Below are positions 35,801 through 48,644 of a stretch of DNA of 64,000 bases, piece after piece. The position numbers and the translations under genes are program-made. Position 1 is the stretch's first letter; every line of letters starts with the position of its first letter. The notes under the pieces are model-generated. The model had not been told where the DNA came from, made no database searches, and saw only the letters and a program-made list of their open reading frames with translations. The stretch is from Phaeosaccion multiseriatum. Its lineage: Eukaryota; Protista; Ochrophyta, other classes. The stretch lies in contig OZ218950.1 in assembly GCA_965112735.1 (NCBI GenBank), forward strand, positions 2,046,001-2,110,000. Reading direction: 5' to 3'.

Positions 35801-38350
35801 GCGAAAGGTCGCTGTTGTGGTGGCAAGATGCGGTGCAAGTGAGGGACAAAACACGAGGAGAGGGGGGGGGCGTGAAAGCGAAAAGGACAGTGAGAGCAGA
35901 TCAGCCGCAGCAGCAGCAGCAGCAGGAGGAGCGGGAGGAGAGAGCGGAGGCGTGGTAGTGGCACTGACTCAGAGTGGAGGAGGAGGGGAGAAGGAACGAA
36001 GAGCGGCAGCGCCCCTGAGTGAAGAGTTTGAGTTTGAAGTGTCCATCACGACGCTGCTCGGCAGTTTGGCGGCAGCGGCCTTCCTCGGTGAGGCCCCTGC
36101 CTCTCCTCCATTCCTCCCTCGAGGCGTCGACTTTCTTTCTCGAGTTCTCCCCGCCGCGTCGTCCCGACAAGTGGCAGAGGGCCTCATAGCGGCTGCGTCT
36201 CTGATGGCAGACACGTTTGGCCTGCCCGACGGGTGGTTGGACCTGGCACGCCTCGCTTGCCATCTGCTTCCCCCCTCTCACCCCTCGTCTGGCGGTGGTG
36301 GTGGTGGTGGTGGTGGTGGTGGTGGTGGCGGCCGTCATGGAAGGAGGAAGGCTGTGTGGCTCTGGGCGTCCGTCACCCTCGGCGGCCTTGCTTGCTGGAG
36401 AGGGCTGCAGCAAGACGAGGCAGTAGCAGGCGGAGATGGAGGCGGCATGGACGGGATTGGCTCTGTACCACGCGAACCGCAGCAGCCGTTGGGGATACAG
36501 CAGCAGCAGGCCGTCCAGCCCCTACACCCCGACGTGCTGTTCCAGCAGTCTGTGGAGCTGCTGGTTTCCGGGCTGCAATGCTGCTGCTGGTGCCAGTGTA
36601 CAGCGAGAAGCCTGGATGATCATGCCGCCGAAGCAGTCTTACCCCCTCTCATGGCCGTGGTCTTGTCTCACCAAGACCCGTCCTTCGACGCCGCGGTCGA
36701 GACGGGTGGGGCACCGCTGGCGCACGATGCCGACGGCTGTGGTGCTCGGCCTCCCTCCCGCTGTGTGGAGAGTGCTCTGTGGAGCCGACTGTGTCGCTTT
36801 TGCCTCCTTTTCGACCCACAAACTACAGCCAAGAGGGTTTTGGGTGCGCTGGGAGACATGGCCGCTGTCTCTGAGACACCGTCTCCGTCATTGGATGCGA
36901 GCGCTGGCGGTGATGGTGGTGATGGTGGAGAGGGGAAAGAAGGCGCCAGTGGATGCTACACAGCCGACGCCGCTACCACCGCCGTTGCAACACACGGGGG
37001 GGCAGGACGCTCACTCTACTACCCCAACCTTCACTTGGCGTGTCAGAGCCTGCTGCAGTTGCTCCTGCACGAGACGCATCGACTGAGAGTGAAGAAGGGG
37101 GAGAAGGCAGGACGGCCAGTATCAGACTTTTGGACCTTGGTAGGGCAGCGAGCGCAACAGCTACTCGCAGCAGCCGCTGCTGCTGTTACGGACGGCGCGG
37201 ACTGTCCGATCGTCGAAGGTGGTGCCACCGCAGTGTCGGTCGCCTCTGCTGAGACGTCAGGTGAAGGCGGTCGTGGAACGGAGAATGGTATGGCCAAGAG
37301 GGCTCAGGAGGAGGAAGAAATTGCAGCAGCGGAACAAGGAAGGAAGGTGCAAAAGGGGCGGGTGCGGCACGGGGGAGGGAGGAAGGATGAGGATGAGGAG
37401 AAGAAGGGGAAGGGGAAGGGGAAGGAGGAGGGGCATGTCGACAAGACGGAGGCAGCAGGGGGGGGGCTCTCCTGCGATGGGGTCGACTTCGTCAGCGCCA
37501 TTTCGTGCTTGGAGCACGTTCTCGTGATACTGGCGGAAGAGTTGGCAAGGCAGGCACTGCTGGACATGGTGGGCATACAGCAGCAGTCGCCATCCTCGTC
37601 GCCTTGTGCACCGCGCGGGTTGTTTAAGGACATGAGCAGGAGCAAGCAGGAAAGGGAGAGGGAAGGTCGGAGAGCTCTAGCGTGTGCCCTGGCGAAGAGT
37701 CTGGAACCGCTGCCGTTGTTGGCGTCTGTGGCCCGCGAGGTGAGAAGAGAAGAGAAGAGAAGAGAAGAGAAGAGAAGAGAAGAGAAGAGAAGAGAAGAGA
37801 AGAGAAGAGAAGAAGGATTCCCGGTGTCCATCCTCTCACCTAACCGGAGCCGATTTGCTTGTACCTACTTACCTGTGTGCGTGATTTGTGTCCGGTCCCT
37901 TCCTACTCCGCTCTCTGGTCCCCGCTTGGAGTAGGGAGAAGGGGGGGGGGGTGAGTAGTATGTTGTTGGTGCCCCACCCCCCCCCCTCCTCCTTAACCCG
38001 CTCGTGTTTCTGTTTGTATTCATTGTCTGTCTGTGAACACTCACTCATTCACCAGCTACAGGGTGCCTACAAGGCCGGGCGTGGCCATGGCAATCACCCC
38101 CTCGTGCTCCAAGGGACATGCCCCCAGGGAACCACCACAACTCCAGACGAAGGCGAAGGCGGCGGCGGCGGCGGCTGTAGCGGCAGCAGGAGCAGGGGCC
38201 GTGAAACTGCAAAATGCCACATCGTCCTTGGGGCAGTCGCTGTGAAGAAGCTCTTGAATCTGTTGCTGCGTATGGGTGAGGACAACAGCAGCAGACGAGG
38301 TGACGGGAGAAGCAGCAGCACGAGCGGTGGCAGCGGGCGCAAGAGGAAGC

Positions 38351-38383
<33 letters not shown>

Positions 38384-40323
38384 GAGAAAGAGGGAGCCGG
38401 GACAACAACCACCGGCGAGGCAGAAGGGATTCGTGTGAGGGTGGGAGGGGGGGGGCGGGCTCTTCGTCCTCCTCGTCCTTCTTTCCTTTTGATTCTCAGG
38501 CACTCCTGGTTGATTTGGTGCCCGTCTTGACTGCCTGTGCCGGCCCCGGGGATGGAAGCGTCGCTTTGCCACGTCATCTCCGATGTTTGTTTGTCGAGGT
38601 TTGGAACGAGACATTCGGGAGGGTAAGCCAAGTGAGAGACGGGGCACAACGACTGAGGCGGAGAGGTATGAGAGGGAAGGAGGAGAAGAGGGAGCCGTCG
38701 GTGGAAGACGGTATGGGGGGTCGAGACGACCACGACACCAGCAGCGAGGGGTCAAGTAGCAGCAAGGGGGCGGTCGTACTGGTGTATCCAGAGCCATTGA
38801 AAGTGGGTCTGGAGCAGCTTCGGGGGCAGGGAATCGAGATTTGGATGCACGGGAAAGAGGAAGGGCATGAAAAAGCGGGGCAACGACAGGAGAGGGGGGA
38901 GGAGGATGATAATGGTAGCGAAGCGAAGAAGAAGCTGTCGGCTGACGAGGAGGAGGGGTCCGTCGCACGGAAGTGCAAGGCCGTCAAGACCCGCACCAGC
39001 GGCGGGGACGGGGGCGAGGGTGGAGGCGGAGCCAATGACGAGAGAAGGGGCGATGACTCCCAGCGGGCGGCCAATGTGAGTGCAAGGGAGGACAACGAGG
39101 GCGCTGATGATGAGGACAAGGAGGACGAGGAGGAAGAGGAGGCCGAGGCAAGTATGCGTGAGTCACAATTCGATACGAGCCTCATGGACTTTGCCGACGC
39201 TGGCCCTCCCTCTCACTCCAGCCAAGGCGGTAGACGGCGTACTAGTTTGGGTCGCTCAGGTGGTGGCGGTGGTGGCGGTGGTGGTGGTGCTTGTCTCACT
39301 CCTTCGTTCAGAGGAAGCGGGTTCCGACTCCCGGAGAAGAAGGACACTTGTTCTGCCACACGCCTTGGAGCGATTCAAGGCCAGGGAAGGAGGGGGACAG
39401 GGGAAGGAAGACGAGAGAAGGAGGGCAAGAAGGGGGGTAGTACGGAGAAGGAGGCCAGTAGAGGGTATCAGTCAACGCCCTTGAAAGGAGGGAAAGGCGG
39501 CTTCCTTCGGGTGGTACATCATCAAGGGGGTGGCGTATCACCAACAACGCCAACGAATGGAGGAAGCTCTGCAAGCTCTGCCGCTGAGAGGGTTGCTTCT
39601 GGAGACGGGCAAAGGAGTGGGGGTGGACAACACACGGCGAGGGAGGGGGGGGCATCAGCCTTGCAATCGCTAGGCACAGCGGCGGAGGATGGACGAGGGG
39701 AGGCAGTGGGTAAGAAGAGAAAGGCTGATGAGCTAACGGTGATGCTTGGGGACGAAGCATCATCGCCACAGCCCCTGGAGCAGCGGAAGAGGGGCGAGGA
39801 GGCGCAGAAGGAGAGGGGCGACGCCAGAGGGGTGGAGGCGGAAAGTGGGGGGTTGGCGAGGGAAGAGGCCGACGACGCTCAGCAGCGAGACAAGAGCAAG
39901 CATCCAGAGGAAGAGCCGAACAAAGCACCGCCTGGTCAAGGTGAAGCACTGGGTCAGGGCGAGGGGAGCAAAGCTGCTTCACATGTTCATGCCCTTCCTG
40001 ATACGGAGCAGCAGCGAGAGCACCAGCGAGAGGAGCAGCAAGAGGAGCAGCAAGAGGAGCAGCAAGAGGAGCAGCAAGAGGAGCAGCAAGAGGAGCCGCT
40101 CGAGACGGGGCAGGGGAGCGGGGTTGGGCCGGGGGTTGAGCAGCGTCTTCTCTCGCAGTGTCTGTCACAGTTGGCGATGCTAGAGGAGCAATGTCTTGGA
40201 GCTGAGGGTGGAGGGGCAGAGGGCGGGCTCTCTACGCAGGGCCTCGTACAAGTCATGACCGGTTGCTCCCGACTGGCGGCCAAGATGGGGCAGAGGCTAA
40301 CCGAGCGGTCAAAGAGGGGATGA
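32802..40323 (+). CDS. RIF1: Replication timing / telomere-associated protein RIF1 homologue, 4 exons, about 2200 aa
   Basis: Exons 32802-32988, 33160-33581, 33879-37739, 38056-40323. HEAT-like helical N-terminal part. Signature FDSQALLVDLVPVL..FVEVWNETFG..LVYPEPLKVGL resembles animal RIF1 YDSELLEQLSPLL..FWNATFAK..LVYPEELKPVL, followed by a disordered tail. Start could be ATG 32751 or 32766. Confidence 0.72.
37743..37810. repeat. (AGAAG)n pentanucleotide repeat at the 5' end of RIF1 intron 3
   Basis: About 13 copies immediately after donor GTGAGA. Confidence 0.92.
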
Positions 40324-40845
40324 GTGGTTGGGAGAGCGGGGTAGAGAGGTATGAGAGATACGAGACGAGAGGTGATGGAGGCCTTTGAATGGTGAGCCTG
40401 CTGAGGCTAGCGTCAAGGAGGCTCTTCCCACATGACACCCGTCAAGTCGCGTCAAGTGCTTGATGAAGGACAGGCGTTGGTTGTTGGTCGTCTTGGTTGG
40501 CCTTTGCTGGGCCTTGTTTTTGCCTTGCTTGCCCTAATGTGTACAAACGTAACCAGTTGTGTATAGTGCGGAAAGAATGATAGTCAGTGCTCCTTTGTCG
40601 AGGCGCAATTTTTGAAATACTATGTAATTAAAAATTATACATGAACCAATCGAGCGAGACTTTCATCCATCCAGCCCAGTTGTCATCGTCGTCTGATCTG
40701 CAAGGTGAAGCTTGCTCGCGCCCCGCTCCTCTCTCGGCCTCTCTCTCTCTCTCTCTCTCTGTGTGTGTCTGCCTTCTCTCCTCCTCCTCGCACGGCGCCA
40801 AAGAGTAAACAGGAGGAGCTTCTATACCCTCACATCCCCCCCACC

Positions 40846-43800
40846 CTACCGTGCTGCTGCTTTGTTGAGTTTCAGCTCCGCCTCTGCTCCGCTCTGATGG
40901 CCCGGTGGGTGGGAAACGATTGTGAAGAGAGAGTGACGGGCAAGGGCAACACACACATGAGGACACACACACAGAGAGAGAGAGAGAGAGGATTGAGGGA
41001 TTGAGTGTGTTGTGGTGCTTTCGGGGGAGATGGAAGACGAGCCGCACAATGGAGACGGCACAGGCAATAAATAAATAGGGCGCGTCTGGCCGAGTGAGCA
41101 CAAGCCCAGGGGGGCTCCAAAGCCTGTGCGAAGCGAAGGGGGCAGGACTGTGACAGGCTTGGGCCTGGCTTGGTGCTGGCTTGGTGCTGGCTTGTATTGA
41201 CTGCCTCTCCCCTGGCTTGGTGCTGGCTTGTATTGACTGCCTCAAGCCTGGCTTGGTGCTGGCTTGTTTTGACTGCTGGCTTGGTGCTGGCTTGTTTTGA
41301 CTGCCTCTCCCCTCCCCCCTTCCCTGCCAACGAAACTGACTGAGTGAGTGATTGGCTGCTAGAGTGACTGATTGAGTGAGTGAGTGAGTGAGTGAATGAG
41401 TGAGTGAGAGAGTGAGTGAGTGAGTAAGTGAGTGCGTGCGTGCGTGAGTGCGTGCGTGCGTGAGTGCGTGATTAAGTGAGGGCGTGCGTGCGTGCGTGAG
41501 TGAGTAAGTGAGTGAATGAGTGCGTGCGTGCGTGCGTGCGAGAGTGAGTGAGTGACTGACTGACTGACTGACTGACCTGGAGCTTTTCCAAATCAAAGTC
41601 CATCACTTCAGACAAATGCCTACGGTGGGGGGAGGGCATCGGAGGGGAGGAGGACACAAGAAGGGGAAGATAACGGGATGGCAGCAAATGGGAGAAGGAC
41701 AGGTACGAGGGGGGGGGGGGGGATGAGTCTCGTTGAATTGTCTAAGAAACTGAACCTGAAACTGAGTACACCCTTCAAACTACGCAAAATTAGGACCGCC
41801 ACTCTCCCACCTGCAGGTCTTGGCGACGGCTGCCACAGCGTGAATGTGGATAGTGATCACTTGCCCTCCTGCCTGCTGCTGCTGCTCCTGCTGCTCCTGG
41901 CACTTTTGAAATCCCTCCCCAAAGCACTCTCTTGCTCGCCTCAGTATACATGCCTGCACCTGTCCACGGAGTGGGTGCAGTATGTCAATGGGTGGGTGCC
42001 GTAAGTTATTGGGTGGGTGCGTGCGTGCGTGCGAGGGTGGGTGGGATGAAAAAGAAGAATAGGAAGAGCGTTAAGCCAAGAACAGATGTGTGGTGAGTGC
42101 GAAGGGGTAGGGACACTACTTTACTTGCCTGCATTCCTCCCACTAGGCCGATGGCGGGGTTAAGCTTCGCATTCTCCATCAATGCCGGTGAGTAGTAGAG
42201 CAAGAACGCCGCAGCTTCCGAGGAGGAGGAGGAGCAGGAGGAGGAGGAGGAGGAAGAGGAGGAAGAGGAAGAGGAGTCTCGGCCAGGTGGTGGTGGTGGT
42301 GGTGGTGGTGATGATGATGACGATGACCACGTTGAAGTTTGATTTGGAGAGGTCACACCACTCAGCGAGAGCTCCCTCGTCAGCACGCTTCTATCCTCTT
42401 CGGTGAGACTCTCGAAGGCTTGTTGCACTTTGCCCCCCTCCTCTGCGTCGAACACGCGAGCCTGGCAGGCGAGACGGAGGAGGGCGGTGCTTCTCTCGTC
42501 GAGGGCAGGAGGGAGGCCTAATGGCTGTGCGCGAGCAGAGAGAAAGGCTCGATACACAGATTCGCAGCTTTGGGTAGCCAGGTTTGACTGGAGTAAGGAA
42601 GGGAGAGAAAAGGGAAGGAGGGATGGGAGGGGAGGGATGGGGAGGTATTCAGTTCATTGAACCAAGCCACCTTCTTCTCTATGGTGGCAAGTAGACGGCA
42701 CCAGTGGGTACAAGGTGCATGCATCTACATACGGTACAACCCCCCCCCCCCCCCCTCTCTCTCTCTCTATGCACTCACGAGCATATCGACTCCGAGTTGA
42801 AAGTTTGTGTACATGGTGTCATTGAAGAACTTGGCTCCGTTCATAGACACCTTCATGAAGATGCAATCCGCCGTAGATTGCCATTTGATTTGGCGTGAGT
42901 TGCCATCGCCATTGCAGATTGCAACATTGGCGGGGTGAGGAGCAGGAGAGCATCGGTTGAGGGCGAGAGAGAGAGAAAGAAAGAGAGAGAGGGTGAGGGA
43001 GAGAGAGAGAGCAAGAGAGACAAAGAGAGGGTGAGAGTGAGAGAGAACGTGAGACACAGAAAGGCAAGGATAGACTTGTGTGATTGTGTGGAGGGAGAGA
43101 GGGAGGGAGGGAGGGAGGGAGGGAGGGAGGGAGGGAGGGAGGGAGGGAGGGAGGGAGGGAGGGAGGGAGGGAGGAAGGGAAAGAGGAAGGGGAGGGAGGG
43201 AGAGACACGCCCCAAACTGAAACTCACGTACCCCAGCCAAGACGCCACACATGTCCACAAGCACGTGAAAGAGGTAGAAGTTCAGCCCCCTGCTTTCTCC
43301 TGCCTCCTCCTTCTCCTCCTCCTGTCCCTTCTGCTTCTCCTGCTCCTCATCCTCCTCCTCCTCCTGCTGCTGCTGCCCCTGTCTCTGCCCCTGCTCCTGC
43401 CCCGTCCAAGTTTCGCCCACGCCCCCTCCCCTCAGAGACATTGCCCCCTTTAGCCCCTCCAAGCACCCGGGCACGCACTCTCCCTGCAGCAGTTGGCCTA
43501 GATTGAAGGACATCCCTGCTGTGCTGGCCACGTGGCCTCGCCATGGCTGCTCCAGGCGGTCAAAGGAAGGCAGGAGGGCTGGTGACGAGAACAATACGTG
43601 GGCTAATGCTGCGTCATGATCGACAATGCCCGGTGCGAGTGTTTCTCGGAAGAGATCCTAAGATGGTGGGGGACGGGGGGGATGTGTGTGTTGGTGTGTG
43701 GGTTTGTTGGTGAGGGGGAAGGGTGAAGTGGTGAGAACGCCCTATACTCAAAACTCTCTGCCCCCTCCCCTTCTCCGTCACTGCGACGCTGCCTGCGCGT

Positions 43801-44258
43801 AACGCCTCTCCCCGTCTCTATCTCTCCCCCAGCCGAGGGCCTCATATCGATTCGATATCGACGTTGTCCGTGTCTATATCCTCATTTGCTCCTCACCACT
43901 TTGCCCAAGTCGTGCATGGCCAGCATCGCGAGCATCGCGTCCACCCCTTCCACCGTCGTCAGCCCCACCTTGCGGAGGGCAAAGGCTCTGAGGCGCTCCC
44001 AGCTCTCCTTGGTCATCTTGGGAGGGCTTTGGTTGGCTGTGAACCTTTCGTACTGGTCAGTGAGGATCCAATACACTGAGAGCATTGCGAGGATTGTACG
44101 CTTTGCCTCCAACGAGGCCGCTGCCTGCCCATCCTTCACTCCAGCGTCTTGTGTATCGTTGTGTTGTTGTGTTGAGCGAGACGAAGAAATAGTGGTGTAG
44201 TTAGGGATCCAATGGTGAGATATATATACGAAAGGCGCGAACTCTTTACAGAGAAACA

Positions 44259-44333
<75 letters not shown>

Positions 44334-44577
44334 ACAGAGAGAGAGATCCATAGAAAAGGATGCTCGAGATATACCTACCTGGCGAAGCCTTCGCCTGGCC
44401 GTAGTAGAAAGTGACCTCTGGGTAGCAGCTTCCCATCAGACACAGGAACTCGTGCTCTTCGACTGAATTGCTGAGGATGCGCTCCGCCAGATGCGCGCTG
44501 CTTTGCCGCAAGCCCTCTTTGTCTCTCCCAGGCAGAAACCAGGGTTGAAACTGATCTTTAGCTGCTGCTGCCGACAT
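40846..44577 (-). CDS. Uncharacterised protein with HD-like motifs (HDLGK, DHD, FNLGQLLQGE), 8 exons
   Basis: Exons 44577-44379, 44147-43897, 43657-43232, 42850-42779, 42587-42129, about 41960-41811, about 41619-41577 and 40893-40846 give one open frame: YPEV, KRTILAMLSVYW, MHDLGKV, VDHDAAL, LLPSFDRL, FNLGQLLQGE, HVLVDMCGVLAG, LLRLACQAR, LLYYSPAL. Confidence 0.72.
41160..41576. repeat. Compound intronic array: GGCTTGGTGCT-based minisatellite, then (GAGT)/(GCGT)/(GACT)n
   Basis: Last intron of the HD-like gene; on the transcript strand the array starts at the donor as GTCAGTCAGT. Confidence 0.88.
43102..43172. repeat. (GGGA)n intronic microsatellite
   Basis: Perfect tetranucleotide run; similar runs at about 23580-23623, 47388-47430 and 51398-51450. 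Confidence 0.93.
44272..44331. repeat. (GA)n intronic microsatellite
   Basis: About 30 perfect copies in intron 1 of the HD-like gene. Confidence 0.95.
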
Positions 44578-44993
44578 ATCTTAGTCTCGGAGCAGGAGGA
44601 AGAAGCTAGAACGCAGGTGAAGCAACGTAACAGTACACAGCGCAGTTGGTGATACGAGGTAAATTCACAGCTGGACTGGATCTGTGTTGTTTTTGTTTTT
44701 TCTTCGCCCCAGGCGAGGTTTCTCTGCCCCCCGATAAGCAGAAGAAGCCGGAGGCGGCCTGCGACCGAAAGCCGAGAAGCCAGGGGCTGGGCTGCGACCA
44801 GCAGAAGCCAGTCACCAGCGGGAAAGAGAGAAAGGATGACAGCCGAGAACCCAAGGCTGAGGCTGAGCGCTGGCCTGCGGCCAGAAGCCCGAAGCCAGGA
44901 GGGGGCTACGGCCCACACGCCAAGAGCCAGAGAAACCTCGCGGGGGGGCGATTGTTTTGCATTAATGAAAGGCACCACCGCCCTCATGTAGCG

Positions 44994-45088
44994 CTACTTG
45001 TTGCTGAACTTGAGGTGGAAGAAGGAGTTGTAGTCCAGGCGCTGGCACAGATTGGACATATGGGAGCGGCTCTGCGTTTGGCTGCACA

Positions 45089-45138
<50 letters not shown>

Positions 45139-46999
45139 GTTTGGGAGGAGGGCAGGGTTGCGGCGGGGTGGGTTGGTGTGGGGCTTGTGGAGAAGTGAAG
45201 GAGCGACATACGGCTCCGAACCAGCCGAGAAGGAAGTGTACTCATCAAAACAAAGAACGACCGCCGGAGAGTGACTCCCTCCCTCCCTCCCCCCTCCTCC
45301 CCTTCCTCTCTCTATCTCTCTCTTTCTCTCTCTCTTTCTCTCTCTGTCTCTTCCATCCAGGAGTCTTTTAATTTCCCACCAACACCACCCATCCCCACCA
45401 ACCCCACCAACCAACCAACAAACTAACCACCAACCCCACCCCAACCATCCAACCAACCAACCAACCAACCCCACCTTTCCCTTACCTGTCCTTCCACAGC
45501 ATGCTCATAAACAGCTCCAGATTCTCATCGAACTCCGTGCCTAGCTTGCTGATGAGCGCCATGGTAACAGGCATACTCAGAGCGCTCCTCACATGTGCTG
45601 TCTGCACCTCGATGCGCCGCTTACGTAAGGTGCGAGAAGACACGGACACGCGCTTGCCTCCTCCTCCTCCTCCTCCTGGTCCTGATGACGCGCTTGCTGT
45701 GTTGGTGCTCGTGCTGCTGTTGCTGCTGGTGGAGGTCGTCGCCAGCTTTGCCGCCTGTGTTTGTTATGGATTGTTGTCGTTTCGTTTTTGGGATTCAAGG
45801 AGAGAGACAGGGAGAGGGAGAGACAAGAGAGACGGGAGAGGAAGAAAAAGTCAGAGAGGGAAAGAGACTGAGAGAGCGGAGAGAGACAGACAGATACACG
45901 CCGAGGGAGGGGGGGAGAGAGAGCAAAAGAGAGAGAGACACACACAGAGGACAAAAAGAGCAACAGATGTGCACACGATGCGATGCGTCAAGTCTTTCGC
46001 CCTTTTTTCTCTCTCACAGACTTACCTCTGCGGTGGCCTCAACCACCTTTGCTTTGACCCTCTCATCGTCCACACGGGGGCTCGCTAGGGAGGCAACTTG
46101 TCTGCAGAAGTGCTGACACACCATGATGAGCTTGCTCAGGACCTTGGGGGTTTGGGTAACAGGACAGGATTGGGTACGGGATGGCAGTGTATGGGTAGGG
46201 CAGGACAGGGGATGGCAGTGTATGGACAGGATGGGTAGGGGATGGCAGTGTATGGGTAGGACAGAACAGGGGATGGCAGTGTATGGGTAGGGTAGGACAG
46301 GGGATGGCAGTGTATGGGCAAGGTAGGACAGGGGATGGCAGTGGATGGACTGACTGACTTTTACCTTGATGAGCTCCTGGCTGGTGAGCAGGGCCTCTTT
46401 GAGCGTTTCATCCAGGAACTCCGCGTGATGGTGCAGCACCTCATCCACCGTCTTGGACTAAGGGGGAAGGGGCGGGGTGGCAGCGGATGGGAGGGGGGGG
46501 GGGTGGATGGGGCAAGAGCACTTCGATTCTTGAATTGGAGAAGGCAATCAAAACAAAAGCCGGAAAACTGAAATTTTTGGTGTCTTTTCTGTGGCTCCTG
46601 TGCGGAAGCAGGGCGAGGGGGAGGGGGACAGGCAAAAAGTCCAATACACGCACACCCTCCCCGTCTATTAAGTCCATAAATACTACCCTCCCCGTCTTCG
46701 TCAACAGAAGGGAAAAAAAAAACAGACAGCACCGACGATTCCCACGTGGTCCCCCACCGTAGTACTAAATCGGCTCGACATCGCTTGACTTCCGAGATCG
46801 GACGGGTTCGGGTATTCTCGATGTGATATGGCCGTCCGTGTGAATCAGGGGCATTGGGGAGTTTTTATACACCGAAAAGAAGCGCCCAGGCCTTCTTTCA
46901 ACACAAAGAGCACACACACACGCACATCCACACGCACACACACACGTACATGTACACGCACGCACACACGCACACATGCACATGTACACGGACACGCAC

Positions 47000-47030
<31 letters not shown>

Positions 47031-48293
47031 TACCCTCACTGACCTGCCTGAGTCCCTCAGTGAGTGCCCTCCACTTTGGCTCCACAACCTCAAAACTGAT
47101 GTAATACACGAGGTTCTGCATCAGGTGCAGCATGCGCTGGCGAAGGCAGTGGATGGGCCGCATGGTCAGACCGAGGGCCGACAGCTCCTTGGTGGTTTGG
47201 TTGTCCAGCCAGGCTTGGCACAACAGATGCTCCACGTGCTTGGTGAGGAAGAGGTGTCTTTATGTTTGAGTTTGGGTTTGTTGTGTTTGATGGTTACGGT
47301 TGTGGTTGGGTTTGGGTTGCAGCATGGGAGGGAGGTGGTGGGTACGAGGGGAGGGGGGTGTGGGAGAGGGGGAAAGGGGGGAGGGGGGAGGGAGGGAGGG
47401 AGGGAGGGAGGGAGGGAGGGAGGGAGGGAGGAGGGAGAGGGAAAAGACGACGCGGTCCAAGATCGAAGCGCTGAACACAACGGAGTGGAGAGGGGGCTTC
47501 ACACATACACGCATCCTTTACACACAGGCAAGATAGGCATATGTATGCACACGTAAACGTAGTACGTAATACCTGAACATGAGCTGATACTTGACGAGTG
47601 CCCTCTTGGACACGACGAGAGAGAGGGGCCAGCGCACCTCGTACCCCACCATGAACGATTCAAGCCCGCTTAGCACCTGGACAGAGGTGTATGGGCAGGG
47701 TAGAGTAGAGGTGCATGGGCAGGGCAGGGCATAGTAGAGGTGTACGGGCAGGGCATGGTAGAGGTGCATGGGCAGGGCAGGGTAGAGGTGTATGGGCAGG
47801 GGAGAGTCAGAGATATGGGGCAGGGCATAGTAGAGGCGTATGGGTAGGGCAGAGTAGAGGTCTATGGGTAGGGCAGAGAAGAGGAGAGGAGAGGAGAGGA
47901 GAAGGGGGTAAGACGGAGGTAAAGGAGGGGGAAACCCCGGGAAGGGGGGGATGGGAGCGATTTGTCTGTGGGTACGGTATCGCCCCACATTACGCACGCA
48001 CGTGCACACGCACGCACGCACGCACACACAACACACAACACACACGCACGCACCTCTCTATCCTCCGGATGTGCATCGTGCTCCTCGCCCTCCCCCGCGG
48101 GCAAGTCTCTGGAGTGAATGTGGAGAAGGTGTTTGACAAGACCCACGGAACTGAACTCGCATTTGAGATTCTCCTGTTGTGATTGTGGGATTGGAGGGGG
48201 GGGGGGGGGGTAGTGGAGAGAGAGGGAGAGGGAGGGAGAGACACAGAGGGAGAGAGAGTGATATGAGTGGACAAAGAGGAGCAACACCACAGC

Positions 48294-48331
<38 letters not shown>

Positions 48332-48591
48332 GAATAACAACAACAACAAGAATAACAACCACAACAACAACAACAACAACACCTGCACTACCACCATCAC
48401 CAGCATTGCTACACTCGGGTCTTCCCCCCCCCCCTCATCCCCATCCCCAATTACCTTGAAAGGGTCGCTGGAGGCCGAAGACATTTGCACACTGAGCTGC
48501 AACAAGCTCTCGATGCGCGGCTGAGAAATGTCCCCCCGGGGCCGGCCCAGCTCGGCGGCAGCGGACTCGAGAAAGTGCACGAAGAAGTCTC

Positions 48592-48644
<53 letters not shown>

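Noticed and set aside
46160-47875. Repeat arrays resembling CRISPR
   Set aside because: Units are degenerate tandem copies without unique spacers, lie in spliceosomal introns, and no cas genes are present.
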